The notes beneath the pieces were generated by a model that was given only the letters and a program-made list of their open reading frames with translations, had not been told where the DNA came from and searched no databases. The position numbers and the translations under genes are program-made. Of a stretch of DNA of 64,000 nucleotides, positions 31,516-41,477 are shown piece by piece. Source of the DNA: an uncultured Desulfosarcina sp. GTDB taxonomy: Bacteria > Desulfobacterota > Desulfobacteria > Desulfobacterales > Desulfosarcinaceae. Location: NCBI GenBank assembly GCA_963674945.2, contig CAXXWQ010000003.1, forward strand, positions 2,368,001 through 2,432,000, read 5' to 3'. Position 1 is the first letter of the stretch, and every line of letters begins with the position of its first letter.

Positions 31516-31644
31516 ATTACGGGGAATATCGCCGGAGCCTTTCCCGGCGGCGATTTCGGTATCCCCTTTGCAGCCCAGCAAGCCAAACAGAAAGCCACAG
31601 ACTATAACAAATGAAAATGTTGACAGACGGTGAATTTTTAACAT
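31516..31644 (-). pseudogene. 5' part (lipoprotein signal peptide) of the IS66-disrupted S8 protease
   Basis: AAGGAG RBS; MLKIHRLSTFSFVIVCGFLFGLLGC...GDIPRN joins in frame to VFAGEPF once the IS and one TSD are removed. Confidence 0.9.
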
Positions 31645-31859
31645 GAAAAATTAGCTCCTTTCTCAGGTACATGACCTTTTTTAAAGAATCGTCATTTGTA
31701 GATTTGCCATTGAGTGGTTGACTGGAGTTGACCATGTTATAAAGTAATATGGAGTTTTATGTATCCATATTCTCTTATGGCGATAAGTAACCCTAACAAG
31801 CCTTCATCTCAAACAAATATCGGCTTGTCTTAATAACTCTTTATAGATAATTGCCTGAA

Positions 31860-32128
31860 TGTCAGTGGCGACGAGAAAATGTGAGATTTGCGGCTTTTTA
31901 AAATGAAGCATGTTAATCGCGAGAAGTATGGGTGCCGAAGCCTGTTATTTCGGTCACCGGCAACCATTTCAGAATGGCTTCGAACTTCGATTTGCTCTTT
32001 CATGCGGTAACTCTTCCCCTCAATCAAAATGGTTTTGGTGTGATGCACCAACCCGTCCAGGATAGCGGATGTAAGCGTACTGTCGTTGTTAAAGATTTCC
32101 GGCCAGTCTTTAAACGCCCTGTTGGTTA
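31860..32128 (-). pseudogene. istB: IS21 remnant: terminal repeat plus istB 3' fragment
   Basis: TNRAFKDWPEIF..SAILDGLVHH...IEGKSYR; end begins TGTCAGTGGCGACGAGAAAATG at 31860. Confidence 0.8.
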
Positions 32129-32302
32129 TAGGGTCAAGTTTGCCCTTGACTCATTCTCGTGAAATGGGGTCATGCAAAACACTTTGAAATCAATGGATTG
32201 TGTTTAAAATAGGGGCCGTTTTTAGGCCTTAAATCGATATTTTTTGGGCCATTTAGGACGGTTTAAGGGATCATCAGGTAAAAGACCGGAAGTTGGAAAT
32301 AT

Positions 32303-32347
32303 GGTCGGCGGTTGAGGAACGCATTTTCTCTCTTAACCGCTGTTTCC
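32303..32347. repeat. GGCGGTT...AACCGC hairpin site, copy 1
   Basis: Related to 58527-58574 and 59732-59774 (opposite orientation). Confidence 0.55.
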
Positions 32348-32874
32348 TTTTTCGGGGTGGTAGGCGGGAATAGATATCCGAGATTAGACTCCGCCGCCGT
32401 CAACGGCCCTGACAAAACCCTGGTGCGGTCGCCATGCCTTCACCCCAGTCTTTATCTTGTACAGATACATCAAATTCACTTCCCTCAATTTTTCGTTCTG
32501 CTCTGCAGATTAAAAATCGTATCTTCAATTAGCCCGGACTCCAGATACATGGCTGATAATCACACGTTTACCAGAGGTGGTGCTTATGTACAGGTACTTC
32601 AAATAAAACGAAGGGAGCTAAAACGTTGGATATCTTAAATAATCTGCACTTGTATTTCCGAACATCCACGATCTAATCCGGTCCCCAACCACTTCAAATC
32701 TCCAACCTGCGCCTATCCTTTTTTTGACATAGTAGTACCGTATCGGTTCCATTACCTCCCTGCATCCTATTTTATCCGTCATCTTTCCATACCAGGAATA
32801 ATGTATCCTTTTGTATACATAGATGGCATATGTTTTTTCATCGCCATCAAATTCACTACATGGAGGATATTATC

Positions 32875-33153
32875 ATGACAATTCCAAGTAAAACCACATT
32901 CAGTATTGGAGATACCTCTAAGGCTACAGGGGCTTCTAAAAAACAAATCCGCCACTGGGAGGCCAAGGGATACATTCCCAAAGCCCCACGAGTTGTGTCC
33001 GGTGATCGGGCTTATCGTCGATTCACATTGGGTCAGGTCGAGACCATCGGCAAGATCAAGAGCTACCTTGACGATGGGTTCACCCTTTCAACCGCCGCGC
33101 AAAAAGTCAATGGTGTGACCATTTCAAACAAGGAGGGCAAACGAAATGCATAA
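32875..33153 (+). CDS. MerR-family HTH protein
   Basis: FSIGDTSKATGASKKQIRHWEAKGYI...YRRFT; GGAGG RBS. Confidence 0.85.
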   Translation: MTIPSKTTFSIGDTSKATGASKKQIRHWEAKGYIPKAPRVVSGDRAYRRFTLGQVETIGKIKSYLDDGFTLSTAAQKVNGVTISNKEGKRNA

Positions 33154-33385
33154 TCTTACCGATAAAACGTGCCCGTTGATGGGCAATACCTGCCAGCTGA
33201 AAGGCTGTACCTTTTTCAACGAGCGACTGGACGGCTGTGAGATTAGCATCCTGAACTACAATCTGTACCAGGTCAAGGAGCACATCAAGGCATGGCTCAA
33301 TCAGGCGGATGGTGGAACAGATTTTGGGCCGGCCGGAAACACAGTAAATCCGAACGGCCCCAGATTCCCAAGACCAACGCGTTAA
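33146..33385 (+). CDS. Small Cys-rich hypothetical protein
   Basis: AAGGAGG RBS, coupled to the MerR gene; CPLMGNTCQLKGC...C. Confidence 0.7.
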   Translation: MHNLTDKTCPLMGNTCQLKGCTFFNERLDGCEISILNYNLYQVKEHIKAWLNQADGGTDFGPAGNTVNPNGPRFPRPTR

Positions 33386-33620
33386 TTTTAAAACGGGTGT
33401 GGGTTAGGGATAGAAACGCGATCCATCCTGAAAAAGGTGCCTCTCCACCTCCACTCATACCCGATTTCACTCAGAGGAAAATTGAATTCAAGGAGGACTT
33501 ATGACAAATGAACGATTGCAAGTGCAACATCGTTGCTGAAAAATCTTTAGCCGCCGCCGAAAAATCCGCATCCAAAAATCTTCACCAAAGAAAGGAATCC
33601 AGACCGGACGGTAATGGTCA

Positions 33621-34238
33621 ATGAAACAGGAAACCCGGCTTCTGATCGAATCCTTTCGCCTCATTACCCGAAACATCCATCAAGGCGGCAAAATTTGGAT
33701 GAATCAGTCCATCCAGAGACGGGTAAAGTGGCTGTTTCGCGAGTACGGCATCACTCGCAAGGAAATCATCGAAAACCTGAAATGGGAATTCGAGAAGCGA
33801 AAAATGCATAAACGTCACAACCCAGAAAAATCCTGTTTGGAAACCTACGTGCTCACTTTTTGCTATTACGGTGTCCTGTCGATGGTAAAGAAGTGCAAAA
33901 AATACCTTGGCACAACATCATCAGTTCCACAGGATCAAAACAAAGATGGAGATAAAATAGAGGCTCGTTCGGGCGCATCCTACGAACCTTATGAAGAAAA
34001 TGGTATCAAAGAGTTGCTCGATTCACATACGCCGGAGGATCTGTTGATCGGAAAGGAACTGATGCAGATGGCACTGGAATATTTCGGCCAGGAAGATCTG
34101 GAAGTCCTTCTTGGGGCCAAGGATCGCGATGCTGTCGCAATGAAACTGGGAATCGAATACAACACTTACCAGAAGCGACTGGAGCGGAAGCGCCAGCGCT
34201 TCAAAATCATCCTTCAGCAAGCCGGCTACATCGATTGA
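33621..34238 (+). CDS. Hypothetical protein with sigma-factor-like C-terminal HTH
   Basis: TPEDLLIGKE...AVAMKLGIEYNTYQKRLER resembles sigma region 4; start uncertain. Confidence 0.6.
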   Translation: MKQETRLLIESFRLITRNIHQGGKIWMNQSIQRRVKWLFREYGITRKEIIENLKWEFEKRKMHKRHNPEKSCLETYVLTFCYYGVLSMVKKCKKYLGTTSSVPQDQNKDGDKIEARSGASYEPYEENGIKELLDSHTPEDLLIGKELMQMALEYFGQEDLEVLLGAKDRDAVAMKLGIEYNTYQKRLERKRQRFKIILQQAGYID

Positions 34239-34257
34239 TAAAGCGATCCTACCAAAT

Positions 34258-34315
34258 GGGCTCGGGCCGGGCGGGAGATACACCATCCTGTTCCAGTCGA
34301 GCCCTCTTCTTTTTC
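34258..34315 (+). terminator. Long hairpin terminator after the MerR operon
   Basis: GGGCTCG...CGAGCCC followed by TCTTCTTTTT. Confidence 0.55.
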
Positions 34316-34329
34316 AATCCACGTCTCTA

Positions 34330-34790
34330 ATCCTGACGGAAAACATTAGCAATCGCATCTTCCTGTTAAAGCCAACCGCAACTTTCCCGGATGAAAGTTG
34401 AGCGAATGTACCGTTCATCCTGAAAAAGCCTCTGGCTTTATCAACACCATCGCCCTGATTCAGGGCAGACCTCCATGGTGTACTGAAGCTTCGGGAAACA
34501 GCTTTCCTGGCCTATGCGGCCAGACCGCAACATCCGCCTTGGCCCCACGTCGACTCATGGTGGTTGTGGGCCAAGTCGGGTGTTAAGAGACTTTTCTAAC
34601 AGACCGGAATTCAAACTCAGCGGAGCTAGTCGAACGGTTTTTCAAGCAGTCGGTCTATCTGGACTGGAAACTAGTGTAACCCGTCATGCCTGAGTGATAC
34701 CGCTATCATTCCGGGCTTACTTGTCGGGTCAAGCAATCCGGCTGTCTTATCTCATGCGAAGCCAAAAGAACGACATCCGGCTTACTTAAC
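34330..34790. ncRNA. Candidate structured non-coding RNA or ssDNA element
   Basis: No credible ORF; at least six consecutive stems. Confidence 0.4.
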
Positions 34791-35199
34791 CCTCTACTAT
34801 ACATATCGCATAGCAAATCGAAAAATCGGACAAATTATTTTCAAAAAAATGAAGTTTTTTTCGACCTCCAGCTAACCCATTGTTTTTCTATATTATCCTC
34901 CATTAGAAAATTTCAACTTTTTTTTGCTTTTATTGCTCACTGATCTGCTGCTACAGTAAATTTGAAGAACCTGAACTAAGGATTCGGGCAAGATATTTCC
35001 CTCACTATCCCGGCAAAAGAGAAAAACAACTCGATCCATACCTAACCATATAGTTTGAATTAGATGCCCGTAAATCGTCTCTCAGGCGGCCTGAGACACC
35101 TTTTTGAAGAAGCACTCACACCGGGCAATCACTATTCTGACTTATTCATCATTGTCCTACTTTACGGCAGCCACCCAGTGTGTAGTTGCGGAACCTATT

Positions 35200-35221
35200 T
35201 TTTGGACAGCGCTGTCCAAAA
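35200..35221. repeat. Perfect palindrome TTTTGGACAGCGCTGTCCAAAA, copy 3
   Basis: Same 18-bp core, extended to 22 bp. Confidence 0.95.
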
Positions 35222-35408
35222 GCGTCTTATTTATTTTAATCGACCGTCAAGACGGCGCCTTCGCCCAATACCGTTGCCATCGTCCTACTCTTATTGTGAC
35301 CAACCATATATAATTTAATGGAATTTTTCTGCAAAATGTGGCATTGGACGATCCGGACGATGATTTTCAACCTGATTCTAATTTTTCATCTTTGTTGTAA
35401 GGAAACCA

Positions 35409-35597
35409 ATGAGAGACCGATCTGTAACTATCGAGTGCACTGATGACAGCCAGCATATTACAATTCACCTGCCCTGCAGACTGGTTGAACGTGTTGATAA
35501 GTATGCCACTGAGAACGGCACCATCATTACCAATGTTGTAATTGAAGCTCTGGATTCGTTTCTAAGTGGGCAGACGATGGCAACAAAACGAGGGTGA
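35409..35597 (+). CDS. Ribbon-helix-helix (CopG-like) protein
   Basis: ITIHLPCRLVERVDKYA..NGTIITNVVIEALDSFL. Confidence 0.7.
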   Translation: MRDRSVTIECTDDSQHITIHLPCRLVERVDKYATENGTIITNVVIEALDSFLSGQTMATKRG

Positions 35598-35807
35598 AGA
35601 CTTGGCAACAATCCTCAAGGGACTACCCCATTAAAATTGCACCGTCCTTCCATTCTTTTGTATCTATAAATTGGCATGCATATTTCTCAGTGACATTTAA
35701 TTGATCTATTTTTTCTTCTCATCCATTGACAAATGGTATATTAATGATAATTACTCTCTCATGGAAGTATTTTTTTGTATTTTTTTTTTTTTTTTACTTT
35801 TCTTCTC

Positions 35808-35836
35808 TTGACAAATGAGTATTTGTGCATTATACT
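35808..35836 (+). promoter_or_regulatory. Near-consensus sigma70 promoter
   Basis: TTGACA-17-TATACT; T16 run at 35780-35795 just upstream. Confidence 0.75.
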
Positions 35837-36138
35837 GGGCCAGAAGTGATGAGAGAAGATATTTCTCGTGAGGTTGAAATAGCACCTCAGGTAGTAAAAT
35901 CCAAAAGAATCATAAAACGCCTTTTCCAAGGCATAAGCAACACACGCAATAGAGCGTGAAACTCGGTGAGTTCGATTAGCCAGTTGCTTGGTTTTGGGAG
36001 AGGTGTTTTTTTATGTCCAAACATTCCTTGAAAACAACAAATCGCATTGAGAGCCATCTCGTAAACTGGCCGGGGGTTTACTCCTTCCCTCACAAGTTGT
36101 GCATCAGCATTGATGAATCATAAAATAAGGAGAATCAA

Positions 36139-36411
36139 ATGATCAAATCAATTGAAAGTTTGGACAGGGACGGAAGAAAGTTGACGAGGGAAGTAATGAA
36201 AACAGTAACCAACAATATCAGCCTGACATTTCTATGTGGGATTTCGAAAAAGAAGGAACAGATGGAGGTTGTCCAGGATGCCAGAAAAATTTTGGCGGGC
36301 GCAAATGGCGACCTTCTGGAAATCGCCAGCGTCCTGAGTGGAGTAAGGGAAAAATACAGGCACCTCGGATGCGTTGGTTACTGTTTGACGAAAACAGGGG
36401 GTGAATCATGA
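36139..36411 (+). CDS. Hypothetical protein
   Basis: AAGGAG RBS; ATGA overlap with the next ORF. Confidence 0.65.
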   Translation: MIKSIESLDRDGRKLTREVMKTVTNNISLTFLCGISKKKEQMEVVQDARKILAGANGDLLEIASVLSGVREKYRHLGCVGYCLTKTGGES

Positions 36412-36704
36412 AATCTTGCGACAGATTTGATCAATGCGATGCTCCGCTTTGCCCTCTAGATGAAAACCTGGACAAGCGCTGTTGGTATAGCGATGAAGCA
36501 GTGTGCTTGTCCCGCAAACACGGAAAAAGCAGATGGGTCAAGAAACAGAAAAGCATCGTACAACGGCAGACGAAAAGTTGGCTGGACAGACCGGTGACCT
36601 ATCGGGAGTTGTTCGATGCGTCCAGGCCCAGAAAGATTTCCAGAGTTCAGAAGAACCGGTTGGTGGAAATGGGAATGGAGCACCGTTACGGAATGGGCAA
36701 TTAG
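36408..36704 (+). CDS. Cys-rich phage-like hypothetical protein
   Basis: CDRFDQCDAPLCPLD...C. Confidence 0.7.
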   Translation: MKSCDRFDQCDAPLCPLDENLDKRCWYSDEAVCLSRKHGKSRWVKKQKSIVQRQTKSWLDRPVTYRELFDASRPRKISRVQKNRLVEMGMEHRYGMGN

Positions 36705-36816
36705 AGCAAAGTATTTCGATTCCTGCCCCGCGTGAAAAAGCAGAGATGAGGAAGTAATAGTAAGGTATAGGATTTTAATTTATTTAGCTGCGGGAGACCG
36801 CGAAGGAGAAAGAAAA

Positions 36817-37026
36817 ATGAAAGAATATAGAGCAGAAATAGTTATGACCGTTAACTTTTATGTGTCAGAAGAGATGATAGAAAACTACACAGAGATGTGC
36901 GGTGATAAGGAAGAAGCATTGAAGCAGTTAGCATTGGAGCATTTAGATACGGAAGGATCATATCCAAGAGGTTTCAACTTTTTGGTATGTCTGGATACTG
37001 ATGAAGAGTATGAAGTTAATGAGTAA
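36817..37026 (+). CDS. Small acidic hypothetical protein
   Basis: AAGGAG RBS; Glu/Asp-rich. Confidence 0.65.
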   Translation: MKEYRAEIVMTVNFYVSEEMIENYTEMCGDKEEALKQLALEHLDTEGSYPRGFNFLVCLDTDEEYEVNE

Positions 37027-37100
37027 GCAAACTAAACTATATAACAGGAACTCACTGGGTTTGTGAGATGGCCTGGTAAGCTCGAAGGAGATCAATAACT

Positions 37101-37430
37101 ATGAACACAGAAGCACTAAAACTTTATGGCGAGAACGATGGATTTTTCCGGGCGGTAAATACGACATGCAGCTTCATTGAGGAAGTGGAACCAGAACTTT
37201 ACGAAACTGAGGAAGAGCTATTCGATATCGCCCTCGAAAGGACCTATGACGATTACTTGGAATCCCTGGATGAGGAACGCAAATATTTCAAACGATACAA
37301 GGTGTCCGTCGAAGTTCAGATTGACCGAACCCTTGATCCGGCCAAATTCTTCGAGATCGTTTTCACGGATTCAAATGGCACCCAGCATTCGTTGCGCGAG
37401 GTCCTGGAAGTCGAAGAGATTCCGTTTTAG
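37101..37430 (+). CDS. Acidic hypothetical protein
   Basis: AAGGAG RBS; Glu/Asp-rich. Confidence 0.65.
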   Translation: MNTEALKLYGENDGFFRAVNTTCSFIEEVEPELYETEEELFDIALERTYDDYLESLDEERKYFKRYKVSVEVQIDRTLDPAKFFEIVFTDSNGTQHSLREVLEVEEIPF

Positions 37431-37596
37431 GTGTTTACATCCCCTACCCGCCTTGGTGCTTTCCTTGGCACCGGGGCACAGGTTATACCGGCAATAGAGC
37501 TGGTACACAGCATCATGCTCCAAAACGCCTGCCCCTCCTGCAGGCACAAGGACCTTCAATAGAGAAGGCCAAATTTAAAAATAGGAGGAATTTTTT

Positions 37597-38214
37597 ATGA
37601 AAGTTTTAAATTTGTACGCCGGTGTCGGCGGGAACAGAAAGTTGTGGAAAGATGTAGAAGTAACGGCAGTAGATAGTAGTAAAGAAATAGCTGATGTTTA
37701 TAGCGAGTTTTATCCTGATGATATCGTTGTTGTTGACGATTCCGTGGACTTCCTAATGAAACATTACAAGGAGTTTGATTTTATTTGGGCGTCACCACCA
37801 TGCCAAAGTCATTCAACAGTAAGATACATTGGCTTAAGTAGAACCAAAGGTCCTTACGATCCCGTTCTTCCTGATATTACGCTATATGCACTTGTGATTT
37901 GGTTTCAGCATCACTTCAATCACAAGCTTTGGTGCGTTGAGAATGTAATCCCTTACTACGAACCTCTTTTGCCACCGACGGCCAAGCTTGATAGGCATCT
38001 ATTTTGGTCGAATTTCCCCATCTCTGAAAAGAAGTTTGAAAAGCCTTCAGTTAGACATAACGATGTTAGAGGAAACACTGTTAGGTATGGAATAGATTTA
38101 AGAGATAAGAAATTTAAAGATACACAAAAGGCTGTCGTGGTTAAGAACTGTGTTAATCCAGATATAGGGGACTACATACTGAATGTTGCGAAAAAATATA
38201 TTAGTCTAAACTAA
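37597..38214 (+). CDS. Short phage-type DNA cytosine-5 methyltransferase (orphan)
   Basis: LYAGVGG, WASPPCQSHS, VENV motifs. Confidence 0.85.
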   Translation: MKVLNLYAGVGGNRKLWKDVEVTAVDSSKEIADVYSEFYPDDIVVVDDSVDFLMKHYKEFDFIWASPPCQSHSTVRYIGLSRTKGPYDPVLPDITLYALVIWFQHHFNHKLWCVENVIPYYEPLLPPTAKLDRHLFWSNFPISEKKFEKPSVRHNDVRGNTVRYGIDLRDKKFKDTQKAVVVKNCVNPDIGDYILNVAKKYISLN

Positions 38215-38448
38215 GATTAATGGATCATCGGAAGGTTTGTCAGAGTTGAAGCATTAAAATGGGCAGAAACCATGTATAAAATAGTCGGGGGTCGGTAACG
38301 GCCCCCAAAGGAGTCCCTCACATCGGGCTCCAAAAGGTCGCCAATCCAATTAGCGCGACTGGGCACACCATGGGCGGCGTAATCGCTGTCTTCCGGAACC
38401 GACCGGCACAGGGCCTGCCATACCGAATTTAAAACGAGGTGAAGACAG

Positions 38449-38928
38449 ATGAACATCAATAGAAAGGAGCAAAGTTACAAAGAAAACCAGGACGTAATCG
38501 ATGGATTGAATTTATCGGCTGGTCAGTCTGTTGTTTCAGCAGATACACCATTATCTTCGGGAGATCTAAACAATGGATTGACATTAACCGACCAGAAGAA
38601 GATTATGACCCCCAAGGAAACAGCCCAGTATTTAGGAAAAAGCCTTTCATGGGTTTACAAGAATGTAGCCCTACTGGGCGGTAGGAAGCTCGGAGGTTCT
38701 CTGTTTTTCCCTGCGAAGGAGGATCTCTATGAGCACTTATTTGGTAAAGGAGAAGGGGTGGAGGTACGACTTCACTCTGGAAGGGACCAGACACACCAAA
38801 GGATGGTTCCAAAGAAAACGAGACGCCGTCAAGGCGGAAATGGAAAGAAAGGAGGAGCTAAAGAATCCGGCACCACCGCTCGAAGAGGTGGAGACGCCAA
38901 CAGACATGGCCTTTTTGGATCTGGTTAA
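38449..38928 (+). CDS. Excisionase-like HTH protein (start uncertain)
   Basis: MTPKETAQYLGKSLSWVY..GGRKLGG; overlaps the integrase start. Confidence 0.65.
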   Translation: MNINRKEQSYKENQDVIDGLNLSAGQSVVSADTPLSSGDLNNGLTLTDQKKIMTPKETAQYLGKSLSWVYKNVALLGGRKLGGSLFFPAKEDLYEHLFGKGEGVEVRLHSGRDQTHQRMVPKKTRRRQGGNGKKGGAKESGTTARRGGDANRHGLFGSG

Positions 38929-39835
38929 TTGTCGCCTGGACTACGTAAAAGCATATAATTCAGATCGGCACTATACAGATCATCTTTACCTGGCTAAGCG
39001 TTGGGTCAAAGAATGGGGAAAACGAAATTGTAGTGATATTGCCCCTACAATGATCCAAAACTATCTCATAAAGCGTTTTCGGCAGACATCAGGATACACG
39101 GCAAATAAAGAACTGCGCTACCTTCGTGCCCTATTCAACTTTGCCATGCATCCGACGAGGAACTGGATGGATTTCAACCCGACCCGCGGCATAGAATTTT
39201 TTCCGGTGGAAAAACGTATCAAATACGTCCCGCCCAAAAAAGACGTGCTCCAGGTCATCTTGGCTGCCGATCCGGAAACCCAGGATTACCTCTGGACCAT
39301 TGCATTGACAATGGGACGCATGGGGGAAATCAACCGTCTTACATGGCGAGATGTAAATTTTGAAGCTCGCTGTGTGACTCTTTATACAAGGAAGAAAAAG
39401 GGCGGACATTTAACCCCCCGCAGTGTTCCGATGACCGGCAAGCTTTTCGAGGTGCTGGTCCGGCGATTTGAGATGCGGGATAAAGACAAACCCTGGGTAT
39501 TTTGGCATCGCTATTGGAGCCGGAAACATAACCGCTGGATCGAGGGACCATACATCGAGCGGAAAAAAATCATGACGACGCTCTGTAAAAAAGCAGGGGT
39601 CAAGTATTTTCGCTACCATGCGTTGAGGCATTTTGGAGCTTCGATGCTGGACTCTGCAAAAGTCCCGATTGGATCGATTCAGCGTATTCTTGGGCACGAA
39701 AATCGGACGACAACCGAGATTTATTTACACTCCGTAGGCGAGGGTGAGCGCCATGCAATGGACATTCTGGATGAGGGTTTTTGCGAATTTTCTCACACAG
39801 ATTCTCACACAGAAAAAAAGGGATTACAGAACTGA
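38729..39835 (+). CDS. Tyrosine integrase of element 1
   Basis: TMGRMGEI, HALRH, LGH, TEIY catalytic residues. Confidence 0.93.
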   Translation: MSTYLVKEKGWRYDFTLEGTRHTKGWFQRKRDAVKAEMERKEELKNPAPPLEEVETPTDMAFLDLVNCRLDYVKAYNSDRHYTDHLYLAKRWVKEWGKRNCSDIAPTMIQNYLIKRFRQTSGYTANKELRYLRALFNFAMHPTRNWMDFNPTRGIEFFPVEKRIKYVPPKKDVLQVILAADPETQDYLWTIALTMGRMGEINRLTWRDVNFEARCVTLYTRKKKGGHLTPRSVPMTGKLFEVLVRRFEMRDKDKPWVFWHRYWSRKHNRWIEGPYIERKKIMTTLCKKAGVKYFRYHALRHFGASMLDSAKVPIGSIQRILGHENRTTTEIYLHSVGEGERHAMDILDEGFCEFSHTDSHTEKKGLQN

Positions 39836-39857
39836 GTCTGTAACCCCTTGATTTTAC

Positions 39858-39907
<50 letters not shown>

Positions 39908-40112
39908 ACAACTACGAGAAAAACAACAAATTGATTTAGATTGATCGAAATTGATATATAATCGTATTTACCATACTTTACAATAGGTTAAACCTTAATT
40001 AATTCCTCTTTTTTAAATTTTCAAGCTGTTTTATGTTGACTTGTATTGATGAAAATTGATTACATAGTGCTTACACGGAGGTTTTTCAGGTTGATGTAAT
40101 CAAGGGGGAACA

Positions 40113-41432
40113 ATGGCAAGACAAAAACTGACGGCGGGACGGGTGCAAGATTTCAAGGTGGCGAAAGGGTCAAAACAGTCCTTTTTGTGGGATTCGGAGG
40201 TGCCCGGGCTGGGTGTCAGGGCCACAAGAACCGCCAAAGTATATGTTTTTCAGGGCCGCCTCCTTTCCGGGGCGACGATCCGGCTTAAAATTGGCGATTG
40301 CCGGACATGGGCAATAGATTCAAATGATTCAGAAGTTCCAGGGGCACGTCAGGAGGCTCGACGGTTACGGGCAATGCTTGATAAGGGCATCGATCCCCGA
40401 GAGGAAAAATTGAAAATCCTGGCCGAGATCGTGGCGAAGATGGATGAAACCGAAAGACAAGAGGTTACCGTCTCCGAAGCGTGGGCGGATTATCTCAAAG
40501 CCCGTCGGCCAAAATGGAGTGATCGCCATTACCGTGACCATGAGTCGCTGGCGGATCCGGGTGGCCGTAAAGCCAAGCGAGGAAAAAAGAAGATCAAGGC
40601 TGGTCCCTTGGCCTCCCTGATGGACGTAAAGCTCATCGACTTGACACAAGAGAAAGTTATGGAATGGGCCACCCATGAAGCAAAGGAACGGGCCGCACGC
40701 ACCCGGCTTGCCTTTTCTCTCCTTCGTGCCTTCATCAATTGGTGCGGTGATCAGCACCAATATAAGGGATTGTGCCCGCCCGATGCTTGCTCGAGTCAAA
40801 TAAAGCGGGACATACTTCCGAAGCAACAACCGAAAACCGACTGTCTCCAAAAAGAGCAGCTTAAAGCTTGGTTTGAAGCGGTCCGCGGATATCAAAACGC
40901 AGTCATATCGAGCTACCTCCAAACTCTCCTCCTTGTCGGCGCCAGGCGTGAGGAGCTGTCACATTTGAGATGGGATGATGTGGATTTTAGATGGAAATCC
41001 ATAGTCATCCATGACAAGGTGGAGGGCGAACGCACCATTCCCCTGCCCCCTTATGTCGCCAGCTTGTTGGCTGGCATTCCGAAGCGCAATGAATGGATAT
41101 TCTCAAGCCCATCGGCGGAATCAGGCCGGATCCAAGAGCCCCGTCATGCCCATAATAAATGTCTTGTCAATGCCGGTATTGAGGGATTGACACTCCATGG
41201 CCTACGCCGATCATTCGGCACTCTGTCTGAATGGGTCGAGGTCCCGGTGGGTGTGGTGGCACAGATCATGGGACATAAGCCATCCGCCATCGCCGAGAAA
41301 CATTACCGGCGCCGGCCCCTTGATCTTTTGAGGAAGTGGCATGTGAAAATTGAAAAATGGATCTTAAAGCAGGCCGGCATTGAGCAGCCCGCCGAAGGTG
41401 CCGAGCCCGGCAAAATACAAGTGGTCAAATAG
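40113..41432 (+). CDS. P4-type tyrosine integrase with arm-binding domain
   Basis: LWDSEVPGLGVR N-terminus; GARREE, HGLRR, MGH, HY. Confidence 0.93.
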   Translation: MARQKLTAGRVQDFKVAKGSKQSFLWDSEVPGLGVRATRTAKVYVFQGRLLSGATIRLKIGDCRTWAIDSNDSEVPGARQEARRLRAMLDKGIDPREEKLKILAEIVAKMDETERQEVTVSEAWADYLKARRPKWSDRHYRDHESLADPGGRKAKRGKKKIKAGPLASLMDVKLIDLTQEKVMEWATHEAKERAARTRLAFSLLRAFINWCGDQHQYKGLCPPDACSSQIKRDILPKQQPKTDCLQKEQLKAWFEAVRGYQNAVISSYLQTLLLVGARREELSHLRWDDVDFRWKSIVIHDKVEGERTIPLPPYVASLLAGIPKRNEWIFSSPSAESGRIQEPRHAHNKCLVNAGIEGLTLHGLRRSFGTLSEWVEVPVGVVAQIMGHKPSAIAEKHYRRRPLDLLRKWHVKIEKWILKQAGIEQPAEGAEPGKIQVVK

Positions 41433-41442
41433 ATGGCTCTCG

Positions 41443-41472
41443 TTGACAATATACCAAAAAGTGGTATAAGGT
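41443..41472 (+). promoter_or_regulatory. TA promoter with operator
   Basis: TTGACA...TATAAG with the inverted repeat TATACCA-N5-TGGTATA (41450-41468). Confidence 0.7.
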
Positions 41473-41477
41473 GACAC

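Noticed and set aside
1..39835. Calling element 1 an ICE or prophage
   Set aside because: No relaxase, T4SS or virion genes recognised in the window.
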